A stretch of DNA of 64,000 nucleotides from Ignavibacteria bacterium (GTDB taxonomy: Bacteria; Bacteroidota; Ignavibacteria; Tepidaquicellales; OLB5), in NCBI GenBank assembly GCA_014879675.1, contig JACSRQ010000101.1, forward strand, positions 901-64,900. The letters run 5' to 3'. The translations under genes were made by a program, and so were the position numbers. Shown here piece by piece: positions 43,831-53,946 of the stretch. Each line of letters begins with the position of its first letter. The stretch's first letter is position 1. Under the pieces are notes generated by a model that was not told the DNA's origin, made no database searches, and saw only the letters and a list, made by a program, of their open reading frames with translations.

Positions 43831-44820
43831 TTACCAATAATGTTTGCGGTTTTTTTCGTAATACGATATGGTTGCTCTAATCCCTTCTTCAAGGCCGGTA
43901 ACGGGTTTCCATGGGATCATATTTGTGATCTTGGTAATATCCGCGTAGTAATCACCGGGTTCCAGCGCTTTGCGCTCGCTTGTGAATTCAGTATAATTTA
44001 CTTTCCCTTTACCCGCAATTTTGATTATCATTTCAGCAAGCTCAACAAAACTTAAGGGCTTGCCCGAACCAATATTATAAACATCTCCATAGGCTTCTTC
44101 GGATAATGCTATTTGCACAAGCGAGTTTACAAGATCATCTATATACAGGTAATCTCTCAATATCCTCCCGTCTCCGAAGATCGGGATAACTTCGCTATCC
44201 ATCGCTTTACGGATGAACCAGTTGAATACTCCATATTCATCATGTGCCATCTGATGGCGGGGTCCGAATGTATTTGTGATCCGTAAGCAAAGCGATTTTA
44301 TCTTGTGCAGATTATTGTAAGTTAAAACAATGCGTTCTGCCGCAAAATTTGTTATGGCGTATATACCAATAGGATTAATAGCATGGCTTTCTGAAACAGG
44401 CAGAGTGAGTGAGGAACCGTACTCTCCGCGCGTGCCGGTAAAAATCACTTTTGCTGAAGGATTGTTATTTTTCAAAGCTTCCATCAAAACAAGTGTGCCC
44501 TCCACATTTATTGAAAGGTCGTTTAGCGGGTCCTTTACACTATCAACGTGGTTAACCTGTCCGGCAATATGAAATATATAATCCATCCCTTTTACAAGAT
44601 GGTTCATGGAAGTTGGGTTCCTGATATCCGAAATATTTATCTTAACTTTATCCTTAACGGGCTCTATATTGAACATATTCCCGCCCTGCCGCGGCAGCAT
44701 GTTATCAATTATTAATACATCTGCGCCAAGTTCAACCAGCTTAATTGCTAAATTGCTTCCTACGAAGCCAAGGCCACCGGTTATGAGTACTTTTTTATTC
44801 TTGATCTTAGATTTATCCAT
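43831..44820 (-). CDS. NAD-dependent epimerase/dehydratase (extended SDR)
   Basis: 329 aa with VLITGGLGFVGSNL Rossmann motif and a YxxxK-type catalytic region. Confidence 0.85.
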   Translation of the reverse strand: MDKSKIKNKKVLITGGLGFVGSNLAIKLVELGADVLIIDNMLPRQGGNMFNIEPVKDKVKINISDIRNPTSMNHLVKGMDYIFHIAGQVNHVDSVKDPLNDLSINVEGTLVLMEALKNNNPSAKVIFTGTRGEYGSSLTLPVSESHAINPIGIYAITNFAAERIVLTYNNLHKIKSLCLRITNTFGPRHQMAHDEYGVFNWFIRKAMDSEVIPIFGDGRILRDYLYIDDLVNSLVQIALSEEAYGDVYNIGSGKPLSFVELAEMIIKIAGKGKVNYTEFTSERKALEPGDYYADITKITNMIPWKPVTGLEEGIRATISYYEKNRKHYW

Positions 44821-44856
44821 GAGCTAAATTAGCAATAATTGTGTTTTATTTTTAGG

Positions 44857-45561
44857 TTAAACCTCTCCCTTAATGAGTTGGGATGTCTTTTCTGAGCCGC
44901 AGTTCATTAATGCGTCAAGAACTGATAGCCCCGGCACAAATTCTGAGGTATTGAATTGATCATAGACAGGGTGCTTAAAATTCTGATAAATGAGCTCAAT
45001 ATTATTCCGTTTAAACTTTTCATCTTCCTGGTACTTTGATGCCCCGCCTCCGCACATATAAGCGTTACATCCGGCTTCATTCACAATTGAAACCAAGAGA
45101 TCGGTTGAATTCCCCGAAACATTCATCGCAGAGCCTCGATTGAAATGAGAAGTATCAATTTTCAGCAGTTTACAGAATTCATGTATAACGGTCAAATTAT
45201 ACTCAGCCAGATTTTCGCCGGGAGAGCGCAGGAGCTTTTCAGCAATAGGATACATTTCAACGAAGAATTTTGCCTTACCGTAATTTACGCTAATTGTTTT
45301 AAGCATCTTCTGGTTCCAGCTTCGGGAATTATCTATTTCAATCTCATTTACATCTTTCATTCCGCTGTATGACCGGTTAATAGGCATTGTGACCCATTCG
45401 CCCTTGCCGCCTAAAATTATTTTTACCCTATTCGACCAATTCCCGCCCTTTTTAGGATACTGTACATTATCCAAAATAACGAAAACATCTGAGCGAACGA
45501 TCTTATTAAAAAATCCCAGCCAGGGGAAAAAAGACGGCTGATGTATTGCGGCAATTTTCAA
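44857..45561 (-). CDS. WbqC family protein
   Basis: 234 aa with a TTG start. MKIAAIHQPSFFPWLGFFNKI is the characteristic WbqC N-terminus. Confidence 0.8.
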   Translation of the reverse strand: MKIAAIHQPSFFPWLGFFNKIVRSDVFVILDNVQYPKKGGNWSNRVKIILGGKGEWVTMPINRSYSGMKDVNEIEIDNSRSWNQKMLKTISVNYGKAKFFVEMYPIAEKLLRSPGENLAEYNLTVIHEFCKLLKIDTSHFNRGSAMNVSGNSTDLLVSIVNEAGCNAYMCGGGASKYQEDEKFKRNNIELIYQNFKHPVYDQFNTSEFVPGLSVLDALMNCGSEKTSQLIKGEV

Positions 45562-45586
45562 TGTTTGAGGTTGAGTGATAGAAACT

Positions 45587-46333
45587 TCATTTAATGTTTT
45601 CTCTGCCCATTAGTCTTAAAAGTGCATCGTAGTTGTCTTTTGTCTTTTGGCTTCTGCCATCTATGCAGCGCAAGACCCTCTGACGGGGTGAAAGCACTTC
45701 ATCCTGCCACCAGGCGGGATGTGTTAATACCTGCAGCTTTTTGTGTTTTTCGGATAACAGTACATCTTCCAATCTCTCAAACCGCCAATAGCCATTGGAA
45801 TCGCTGCAATATCCAAATTCTTCGCGGAAATATTTTGAATATGTATTTATCATACCGGCGTATCTATCGGAATTGTATGAGAGGATATCTTCCGTTGTAT
45901 TATGAAATGAAAATACGTTTACGGGTATACCAAAAAGCTTTTCCAGAATACTTTTTTCAAACTGCAGTTGTTCTTCAAGCTGAGCTTCTGACGCAATTGC
46001 ATAATAATGACAATCAAAGTGCAATCCCGCATTGTGTCCTAATTTGAATATCTTTTCAAGCAGTGCTGAAATTTCTTTCTCAAACACATTATAGAACTCA
46101 TTGTGTAGGTGAATAAAAAAAGTTGAATTTACACCTTCATCATGTTCTATCTTTGCCAACGCGTAAGCGGAATGTACAGAGAAATCTATATCATGGCGCC
46201 AGATAACGGGGTTTTCGATCTTTCCGAAGTCTTCAAAACTGCAGAAACTGTACTTTTGTTTCGCGAGATTTAACAGTCTGCTGTAATTATCCCTTGTGAA
46301 ATCTTCAAAATTATATTTTTCGCTGTCATTCAT
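45587..46333 (-). CDS. Polysaccharide deacetylase-like protein (RHDID-type)
   Basis: I trimmed from 46405 to the ATG at 46333 (MNDSEKYNFEDF...). It has WRHDIDFS and FFIHLHN motifs and is common next to WbqC genes. Confidence 0.5.
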   Translation of the reverse strand: MNDSEKYNFEDFTRDNYSRLLNLAKQKYSFCSFEDFGKIENPVIWRHDIDFSVHSAYALAKIEHDEGVNSTFFIHLHNEFYNVFEKEISALLEKIFKLGHNAGLHFDCHYYAIASEAQLEEQLQFEKSILEKLFGIPVNVFSFHNTTEDILSYNSDRYAGMINTYSKYFREEFGYCSDSNGYWRFERLEDVLLSEKHKKLQVLTHPAWWQDEVLSPRQRVLRCIDGRSQKTKDNYDALLRLMGRENIK

Positions 46334-46479
46334 TATCTGACGCCATGCTCCTGAAGTCTTTTCTGAAGCGATAGTAATTGCTCCTCTGCGGTTACTATTC
46401 CGCAAATTGTATGGTCTTCGGATAGCTTAACTGCCGTTTCATATAAATATTCCGTTCTTCCTAGAATAAAAATTTGCAT
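46333..46479 (-). CDS. Unlisted 48-codon ORF (Rossmann-like beta-alpha-beta N-terminal fragment or small gene)
   Basis: Found by hand; it is below the 60-aa cut-off of the ORF track. Sequence: MQIFILGRTEYLYETAVKLSEDHTICGIVTAEEQLLSLQKRLQEHGVR. It starts 12 nt after the upstream stop. Its TAA overlaps the ATG of the next gene (TAATG). Confidence 0.4.
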   Translation of the reverse strand: MQIFILGRTEYLYETAVKLSEDHTICGIVTAEEQLLSLQKRLQEHGVR

Positions 46480-46491
46480 TACTCGGTCATG

Positions 46492-47304
46492 CTATATTTC
46501 ATATTTCATATTTATGGTGAAAGCTCTATCGGGTATATCCCACTTCTTTTCTTCAGCAGGTTTGAAATAGAACTGCGGCGAATATATTGCCATATTCGAT
46601 TGCTGAAGGTGGTATATGTGTTTGTGATTTTCCTTTGGGAGTGCATTAAGTATTCCGCAAAGTACATTTTTGTTCAGTTCTCCCAATAAATAATAGTCAT
46701 GCCATGCGATAACAGAATTATTGTCCTTCGTAAGATCCAGCGCAATACGCGTATCGTTTTCAACGTATTCCTGCGAATGATTGCCATCAATAAATACAAG
46801 CTCACAGCTTTTCCTGTATTTTGTTGGATCAAATTTCATGCTGTCTGATTTCAGGAAATGGACATTTTTTTTATCGCGTGCGTAATATCCAAAAATATGC
46901 TGTGGTATTTTGAATATCGCAATATCGGGATGGTCGAAAGGAATATCCAAGGAATATATTTCGGAGGAGTCGTCCAGATTATCCGAAACATTCCTTGCAG
47001 ATAGTCCAAGCCAGGTACCAATTTCAAAGTATCTTTTTGCTTTAAGTGCATTCGCGAATCTGCAAAGAAAATAATAATCGTTTTCAGGGGAGATACCGTA
47101 TGAGAAATCCGTTGTTATTTTGAATGTATCAGATGATGGGGGATAGAGTGCGAATACATCAGCGGGCTTCACTGATGGCAGTTTATCCATACCATACTTT
47201 TCCAGTACGGCTTCCTGGGATTTTTCATAATTTTTCTGATTTACCATACCCAGAATATGTCTTCTGTACTTAACCAGCCCTGAAAGTTTTGCTATTTTAC
47301 TCAT
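46492..47304 (-). CDS. Class I SAM-dependent methyltransferase (Methyltransf_24-like)
   Basis: 270 aa with FEIGTWLGLSARNV (motif I) and VFIDGNHSQEYVENDT. Confidence 0.7.
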   Translation of the reverse strand: MSKIAKLSGLVKYRRHILGMVNQKNYEKSQEAVLEKYGMDKLPSVKPADVFALYPPSSDTFKITTDFSYGISPENDYYFLCRFANALKAKRYFEIGTWLGLSARNVSDNLDDSSEIYSLDIPFDHPDIAIFKIPQHIFGYYARDKKNVHFLKSDSMKFDPTKYRKSCELVFIDGNHSQEYVENDTRIALDLTKDNNSVIAWHDYYLLGELNKNVLCGILNALPKENHKHIYHLQQSNMAIYSPQFYFKPAEEKKWDIPDRAFTINMKYEI

Positions 47305-47332
47305 AGTTTATATAAACAGATCTCCGGTGAAT

Positions 47333-48055
47333 TTATATACCGCCATTACTCTTCAGAAGAAATTCGTTTGCGATATCAGCCAGTTTGCGCGTAGTTAAAT
47401 TATTATGTTTGCAGTATGAAAGCAGCGAGATCAGCAGATCGCGAGTACCTACAACTTCTGTATTCCTGAACTCCAACAGTGCCTTTGCATCCTGGTAATG
47501 TCTTTTGGCTTCATTATATCTATACTTGTTTTCCGTATTAAGATAAATATGTATAGGTGAAAAAGCAAATACTACTAGATCTTCATCTTCCAGGTTCATT
47601 CCGCTGTCATCAAATGAATATCCATAAGCCCAGTGGACATCATCTTCCCAGTTGTACGGAATGCGTACCAAGCCGGTCCAAAGTTTGATTGGCTTAAGTC
47701 CGGATTGATAGGGAAGGAAATGATTGGCATCATACAGCAGCTTTTTATCTGTGAACATCTGCAGAAGCTCTGTGCTTTGAAGCATTGAATGAGATCTCAC
47801 CCCCTGTGCTTCCGGGTGAATATCCATGATCTCATCTACGATATCAACGGCACGCTTATCGGATTGTCCGTTCAGTATCGGATTGAAATTCGGATGAATT
47901 CCCGTTTCAAACAGGTTTTTATTGCATTTTGTAAGCTCGATGGAGTGATGAGTTGAAAAAAAAGTACATCTTACACCATAGAACTCGAATAGGTTAATAG
48001 TATCTGCTATTACTTCTTCAGGTGCCCAGTCAATATCTGATGTAAATACTATCAT
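47333..48055 (-). CDS. Polysaccharide deacetylase-like protein (WbmS-like)
   Basis: 240 aa with N-terminus MIVFTSDIDWAPEEVIADTINLFEFYGVRCTFFSTH. Its start overlaps the upstream stop (ATGA). Confidence 0.55.
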   Translation of the reverse strand: MIVFTSDIDWAPEEVIADTINLFEFYGVRCTFFSTHHSIELTKCNKNLFETGIHPNFNPILNGQSDKRAVDIVDEIMDIHPEAQGVRSHSMLQSTELLQMFTDKKLLYDANHFLPYQSGLKPIKLWTGLVRIPYNWEDDVHWAYGYSFDDSGMNLEDEDLVVFAFSPIHIYLNTENKYRYNEAKRHYQDAKALLEFRNTEVVGTRDLLISLLSYCKHNNLTTRKLADIANEFLLKSNGGI

Positions 48056-48828
48056 ATTTCAATTATGTCTGCGTTCCAAATGGTTACTCTTTTGCCGTTT
48101 ATTTCTGTAAATGCCCCGGGATAAGGTTTTGATTGCGCACGAATAAAATTTCTGATCCTTTCAGGATCCCAGGACCAGTCTATTTTTCCGTCTTCCGGTT
48201 TTCTTTGGGGCACATAAGTTGCTTCAGTATCGTTTTGTTTAGTCCGTGAGGCTTTGCCTTCGGCCAACTGTTGAATAGACTCATCAATTATTTCTAATGC
48301 TGCATCAGTGGTTTTTGCGATCAGGTCACTTATAAAGTCGTCTTCCTTAATTGGAAATTCTTTCTGAGAAATAATATCTCCGTTATCTACTCCTTCTTCA
48401 AGGTAGAAGAATGAGAGACCGGTTTTTTTCTCCCCGTTTATCATTGCCCACACAAGAGGCGCGCCCCCGCGATACTTTGGCAGCAATGATGCATGCATGC
48501 CGGCGCATCCCAGCTTCGGTATCTCACGGATCGATTTTGGTACAATATAGTACCAGCCAATAACCAGTATCATGTCAGGTAAATATTTTCTGATCTCTTC
48601 GGTGTAATCGCCCATTTTCGCGGTAACTGATATTACCGGGATGTTAAACTCTTTGCCAAGCGCATGGAAATCTGCAAAATTCACATTTGTAACGGGTTTA
48701 TCGGAATAAGAGATATTAAATTCTTTCGGAATTGTGAATATACAGGATACTTCTGCAAGCTTTTTTTCAATTATCCGCCTGCAGCATTTGCATCCAAGCT
48801 CCGAAGCCCCAAAGAAAACTATTTTCAT
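48052..48828 (-). CDS. Sugar N-formyltransferase (Fmt/ArnA-N-like)
   Basis: 258 aa with HASLLPKYRGGAPL (catalytic His, SLLP motif) and VDNGDII. Its start overlaps the asnB stop (ATGA). Confidence 0.8.
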   Translation of the reverse strand: MKIVFFGASELGCKCCRRIIEKKLAEVSCIFTIPKEFNISYSDKPVTNVNFADFHALGKEFNIPVISVTAKMGDYTEEIRKYLPDMILVIGWYYIVPKSIREIPKLGCAGMHASLLPKYRGGAPLVWAMINGEKKTGLSFFYLEEGVDNGDIISQKEFPIKEDDFISDLIAKTTDAALEIIDESIQQLAEGKASRTKQNDTEATYVPQRKPEDGKIDWSWDPERIRNFIRAQSKPYPGAFTEINGKRVTIWNADIIEI

Positions 48829-50708
48829 TCTACAGGATCGAAAATTTTACTCCACCATTCAAAACATAACAGTGACCAGATCAAAAGTCTGCGGTTCGTT
48901 TTTCCGTCAAAATGCTCATTCATCAAATCCTGTGCCATTGCCGGCTGAATAAAATCGTATATCCGTGCGCGTTTGTTGAAGAGGATAGTTTTGATGTAAT
49001 CATTGCTTTCACCTTTGAACCAGCTTGCATCAGGTGCAGAAAAGCCCTGCTTCAGCCCCGAAGTGTATGACTCCGGAACATATTTTGAAAGCGCCTTGCG
49101 CAGAATATTCTTGCCATCACTGTTCTGCGCAAAAAATCTTTCGGTTTTCGGACCCGGAATGTTCTCGTTAATTCTTATCACTTCAGAAAGATTTTTAAGC
49201 TTATGTTTAACGGGAACCTTCATTGCAAAATCAACAAGGTCATTATCAAGAAACGGTACTCTTGTTTCGAGGCTATGCGCCATTGAAAGCTTATCTTCAA
49301 CAACCAGAATTCCATGCAGAAATGTTTTCGCTTCAAAATACAACGAGTGATTAACATATTCCTCTGGCATGATCTTGCTTTTCATCTTCTTTTCAAGCAC
49401 TCCTCTGAACACATCTTTGCAAGGATAGCTTTTTATATCGGGGTATATATCTTCATTATAGAATTTCGGTTTATAACTATCCGGTATTAAACGCTGCCAA
49501 TACTGGTAGTATTTTTCGATATAATGCTCTTTATCATCATTCACTACAGCCCTGTAATAACGCCATGGATAGCCTGCAAACAACTCATCACCGCCTGAAC
49601 CAGAAAGTATAACTTTTACAAATTTACTGGCCAGCCTTGCAACATAAAAGTTCGGGTAAGATTGACCGATACGGAGATCTTCTAAGTGCCATATCAATTG
49701 AGACATTACCCGTTCCATATCACCGGCTTTAAGTACTATCTCATAATGTTCCGTCTTATAAATATTTGAAAGGAATTCTGCTTTATGCCTCTCATCAAAA
49801 CCCAGTTCCAGCCCGGAAGCAGAAGAAAGGTCAAATCCGCATGTAAATGTTTTCAGATTTTTGAAATTCTTTGCTGCGATGGATGTTACTGAACCTGAAT
49901 CCATGCCGCCACTCAGATAGGAGCCGATCTCCACATCACTGATGAGTTGTCTGTTAACGGCCTGTTCAAACAATCTGGCAAGCTCTTCAACGTATTCCGT
50001 TTCATCAGTATCGCCGTTATCTTCAAAGTTGTAATCCCAGTACTGCTTGATCTTAAGTGAATTAATGTCGCCAAGCTTCAGTGTAAGCATACTGGCAGCG
50101 GGCAGCATTTTTATATCTTTAAATAAAGTGAGATCAGTAAAAACATTCTGGAACGAAAAATACTCGTTTAATGCTTCCCTGCAAACCTTTACAGATACAG
50201 CCGGATGTTTTAGTATAGCTTTGATCTCAGAAGCAAATATAAATACACCGTTTTTATAATAATAGTAGAGTGGCTTTATTCCGTATCTATCCCGGGCAAT
50301 GAACAGCTCGTTTTCACGGTTATCCCAAATAGCAAAGGCAAACATACCATTGAACTTATAAATGCAGTCCTTGCCCCAAGCCTGGTAGGCTTTCAGCAGT
50401 ACTTCGGTATCGGTTTTTGAATAAAACTTATACCCCATTGATTCCAGCTCAATTCTGAGATTCTGGAAATTGTAAACTTCACCGTTATAAGTAATGACAA
50501 AATTACCATCATCAGTTTGCATTGGCTGGTGTCCGAGAGGGGAGAGATCAATGATCGCAAGCCTCCTGTGGCTGAATCCAATGAATGAATTCGTCCAGAA
50601 TCCTTCACCATCAGGTCCGCGGTGCTTAATAGCATCACCCATACGCCTTAAGGTACTGATCGAGATCGGCTCACCGTTAAGATTAAAATATCCTGCAATT
50701 CCGCACAT
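48825..50708 (-). CDS. Asparagine synthase (glutamine-hydrolysing) family amidotransferase, copy 1 (WbpS-like)
   Basis: 627 aa. MCGIAGYF (Cys2 nucleophile), HRRLAIIDLS, ITYNGEVYNF and the SGGMDS PP-loop. Confidence 0.85.
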   Translation of the reverse strand: MCGIAGYFNLNGEPISISTLRRMGDAIKHRGPDGEGFWTNSFIGFSHRRLAIIDLSPLGHQPMQTDDGNFVITYNGEVYNFQNLRIELESMGYKFYSKTDTEVLLKAYQAWGKDCIYKFNGMFAFAIWDNRENELFIARDRYGIKPLYYYYKNGVFIFASEIKAILKHPAVSVKVCREALNEYFSFQNVFTDLTLFKDIKMLPAASMLTLKLGDINSLKIKQYWDYNFEDNGDTDETEYVEELARLFEQAVNRQLISDVEIGSYLSGGMDSGSVTSIAAKNFKNLKTFTCGFDLSSASGLELGFDERHKAEFLSNIYKTEHYEIVLKAGDMERVMSQLIWHLEDLRIGQSYPNFYVARLASKFVKVILSGSGGDELFAGYPWRYYRAVVNDDKEHYIEKYYQYWQRLIPDSYKPKFYNEDIYPDIKSYPCKDVFRGVLEKKMKSKIMPEEYVNHSLYFEAKTFLHGILVVEDKLSMAHSLETRVPFLDNDLVDFAMKVPVKHKLKNLSEVIRINENIPGPKTERFFAQNSDGKNILRKALSKYVPESYTSGLKQGFSAPDASWFKGESNDYIKTILFNKRARIYDFIQPAMAQDLMNEHFDGKTNRRLLIWSLLCFEWWSKIFDPVE

Positions 50709-50738
50709 TATAAAATAGTAATTTTGCTTAACTGATTG

Positions 50739-51686
50739 TTAATTTTTCCGTGCAACTACTGTAATACCTGATTCCTGAACATCCATATGTTCGATATTCA
50801 ATCCGGCTTTGCTGCAATACTCTTTAACTTCTTCGGGTGTATGCCTTTGGCAATTCAGCGGCCGGAACCAATCGAAGTTGACAATATTCATTTCGTTCAG
50901 GTTCACTTCCGGCCTCACCCACATTTTACAAATATACCAATAAAAGAATCTCTGGATATCTATCTTTCCTTTTTTTATGCCAAGATAAGGGATATCTTCA
51001 GGTACATCAATTTCCGTATTCAGGTCAGCCAGTGCTTTGCCAAGTTTTGTAAGAGGCATTAGGGCATCCCATGCTTCATCATTGTTCATTGAAGCGATTT
51101 GCTCCCTTATATGATCATCAGTAAACTCCCTAACAGGTGCTTTCTTAACATACACATAAAACATGAATAAACCGTCTTTTTTGAGCTTACCTGTAAGATA
51201 CTTTATTGATCTTTCGGTGCTATCTGTGTGATGAAGTACGCCTTCTGAAAAAATTATATCAATACTGTTTTCCGGCACTGGGAGATCAAGCACTGAAACC
51301 TTTAGAAACTCACCGGGCAGGCCTGCTTCCTTAAACCGCTCTTTGGCAACTTCAATGGCGTCTGATATATCCACACCAAGGTATAAGTTATCTTTCAGGT
51401 AGTTACCCCAGAATATCATCCCAGAATATCCCGAGCCGCACCCGGCATCCATAATTATCTTTCCGCCGCCCTTAAGCCAATTCCTGAACATAGCTTCATC
51501 ACCGCCGCAGTATCTCTCAACAAGCCACTCCCTTTGCTTAACTTTTATCTCTTCGTTTTCATAAAACTCACGCATCTTCCATTTGTATCCGAAAGTTGAT
51601 TCAGTTTGTGCCTGTTCAGGTGTATATTGCACCGTAAGCTTTTCAAGTGTTTTTTCGTCAATATTGAGTTTTTCGAGTATGCTCAT
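50739..51686 (-). CDS. Class I SAM-dependent methyltransferase
   Basis: 315 aa with motif I IMDAGCGSGYSG. Confidence 0.75.
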   Translation of the reverse strand: MSILEKLNIDEKTLEKLTVQYTPEQAQTESTFGYKWKMREFYENEEIKVKQREWLVERYCGGDEAMFRNWLKGGGKIIMDAGCGSGYSGMIFWGNYLKDNLYLGVDISDAIEVAKERFKEAGLPGEFLKVSVLDLPVPENSIDIIFSEGVLHHTDSTERSIKYLTGKLKKDGLFMFYVYVKKAPVREFTDDHIREQIASMNNDEAWDALMPLTKLGKALADLNTEIDVPEDIPYLGIKKGKIDIQRFFYWYICKMWVRPEVNLNEMNIVNFDWFRPLNCQRHTPEEVKEYCSKAGLNIEHMDVQESGITVVARKN

Positions 51687-51687
51687 T

Positions 51688-52857
51688 TTAAATTTTGTAA
51701 TTTTTAATTTTATCAGCTATATAACTAAATTCTTCATCAGTCAAAGTGGGGAAAAGCGGAAAAGCAATGCTGCATTGGCTTGCGATGTATGAATTCGGAT
51801 GATCTTCATTACTGAATCCATATTTTTCCCTGTAATACTGCAGCATGTGTATTGCGTGTGTTCCGGGTCTGGTAGAAATGCCGTTTTGCTGGAGGTAATC
51901 CATAAAATTATTCCGCGAAGCATTTATTGAATCAATGTTCCCAAGAGATATTGCTTCAGGAGAATACATGCATACATAAGCCTGGAACCCATGTTCAAAA
52001 TCTTCATCTCTGAATGGCTTATTTAGCCATTCGATTCCATCAATCAATTCATCATATTTGTCAGCAATGGCAGATCTTTTTTGATGAATTTCTTCAGCCC
52101 TGTTCATTTGAGAAGAACCAATTGAAGCCTGTATATCCGTCATGCGGTAATTGTATCCAAGGTAGGGAAATTCCGGCAATAAGTATGGTTTGCTGCCTGT
52201 ATGCCTTTGATGATCGGATATAGCAGCACCGTGGTCACGCATTGATCTTAGTTTCTCCGCTAATTCAGCATCAGAAGTGATTATCATTCCGCCTTCACCA
52301 GTTGTTATAGCCTTCCTGGGATGGAAACTGAAGCACCCTGTAACCCCGAAATTACCAACATGCTTATCTTTATACTTTGCTCCAAAGCCGCATGCAGCAT
52401 CTTCAACCACAACAAGATTGTACTTTTCGGCAATTGCAAGAATTTCATCGATCTTTGCAGAAAGCCCAAACAAATGCACCGGTATAATAGCTTTAGTATT
52501 CTTCGTGATCAGTTTTTCGATCTTTGAAGGGTCAATGTTAAATGTTTCTGTTTCAATATCACACAGCACAGGCTTTGCACCGAGGTATTCTACTGCGTTT
52601 GCCGTAGCGATCCAAGTGAAAGAAGGTACTATTACTTCGTCACCGGCTTTGATACCACTTGCAGCAAGTGAGAGATGCAATGCGGTTGTGCAGTTTGAAA
52701 CTGCAACCGAGTTTGGCGCACCTGTATAGTTACCCCATTTTTTTTCAAATTCAGCAACGTGCGGTCCCTGGACTACCCATCCTGATTTGAGAGGATCCAA
52801 TATAGCGTTTAGATCTTCTTCCGAGAATTCAGTTTTTGCGATTGGTACTTTTAACAT
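51688..52857 (-). CDS. DegT/DnrJ/EryC1/StrS family sugar aminotransferase
   Basis: 389 aa with a typical fold-type I layout. The FSFHPRKAITTGEGG region contains the PLP lysine. Confidence 0.9.
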   Translation of the reverse strand: MLKVPIAKTEFSEEDLNAILDPLKSGWVVQGPHVAEFEKKWGNYTGAPNSVAVSNCTTALHLSLAASGIKAGDEVIVPSFTWIATANAVEYLGAKPVLCDIETETFNIDPSKIEKLITKNTKAIIPVHLFGLSAKIDEILAIAEKYNLVVVEDAACGFGAKYKDKHVGNFGVTGCFSFHPRKAITTGEGGMIITSDAELAEKLRSMRDHGAAISDHQRHTGSKPYLLPEFPYLGYNYRMTDIQASIGSSQMNRAEEIHQKRSAIADKYDELIDGIEWLNKPFRDEDFEHGFQAYVCMYSPEAISLGNIDSINASRNNFMDYLQQNGISTRPGTHAIHMLQYYREKYGFSNEDHPNSYIASQCSIAFPLFPTLTDEEFSYIADKIKNYKI

Positions 52858-52866
52858 TCTTTAGGT

Positions 52867-53859
52867 TTATTCAAATAATTTCCATTTATCACCGAAGCGT
52901 TTCTTGTGTGCCTTGCGCCATTCAATAAGCCGGCTGAGTCCTTCTTCGAGCTGAATAGTTGCCCTGAAACCGATCTCTTTTTCTGCTTTTTCCGTTGAAC
53001 CTACCCTGTTGGTAACAAAAGTCTGGCCCTGCGGGTGATACTGAATTTTCAGATCTGAGTTATAAATTTTCAGCAGAATTTCAGTAAGTTCTTTGATCGA
53101 GGTTTTTGTACCCATTCCAACATTATAAAAATTGTCAACAGCATCCGATTTCAAAGCGCAAACATTTGCTTTGGCCGTATCATCTACAAAGATGAAGTCG
53201 TAAGATTGTGAACCATCACCGTAAACTATTGGTGCTTTGCCTTGATCTAAATTATCAAGGATCTTCATTATAACAGCTATATAGGTACCCTTATAGTCCT
53301 GCCTTGGTCCATACACATTCATATATCTTAATCCCGCATAGTTTAGCCCATATCTTTCGTAAAACGCCCTTGCCATAGCCTCACCAGCAATTTTTGTTGC
53401 TCCGTAAAAAGTCCGGTTGTTAAACGGGTGCTCTTCGGTCATTGGAATTTCAACGGCATCACCGTAAACGGATGCGGATGAAGAATAAACCAAGCGTTCT
53501 ATTTTATTATCCCTGCATGCTTCGAGTATATTAAATGTACCACGGATATTAACCTCAAATGCGGAACGCGGGTAGTCGTGGCACTGAAGAAGCCAAAGTG
53601 CGGCCAGGTGGATCACCATATCACTTTCCTTCATTGCGGCACTTAATATATCTGTTTGCAGAATATCTCCGCCAACTTCAAAAACTCTTGCGCGCGGATC
53701 CTTAAGCGCTTCTTCAATATTATCGGCAGTACCCCTTACAAAGTTATCATAGATCGTAACCTGTGAAACATCCTCTTTTAAGAGATTATCAACAACATGT
53801 GAGCCGATAAATCCTGCGCCGCCAATTACCAATACTTTTTTACCTTTAATTTCGGGCAT
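52867..53859 (-). CDS. NAD-dependent epimerase/dehydratase (extended SDR)
   Basis: 330 aa with VLVIGGAGFIGSHV and the YGATKIAGE catalytic YxxxK. Confidence 0.85.
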   Translation of the reverse strand: MPEIKGKKVLVIGGAGFIGSHVVDNLLKEDVSQVTIYDNFVRGTADNIEEALKDPRARVFEVGGDILQTDILSAAMKESDMVIHLAALWLLQCHDYPRSAFEVNIRGTFNILEACRDNKIERLVYSSSASVYGDAVEIPMTEEHPFNNRTFYGATKIAGEAMARAFYERYGLNYAGLRYMNVYGPRQDYKGTYIAVIMKILDNLDQGKAPIVYGDGSQSYDFIFVDDTAKANVCALKSDAVDNFYNVGMGTKTSIKELTEILLKIYNSDLKIQYHPQGQTFVTNRVGSTEKAEKEIGFRATIQLEEGLSRLIEWRKAHKKRFGDKWKLFE

Positions 53860-53946
53860 TTCTGATAGTTATTAAAATTCTTTTAATTCTTATCTATTAA
53901 TAAATTCAATTTTTATACATGATAAACGCGAAAAATGACAACTTAT

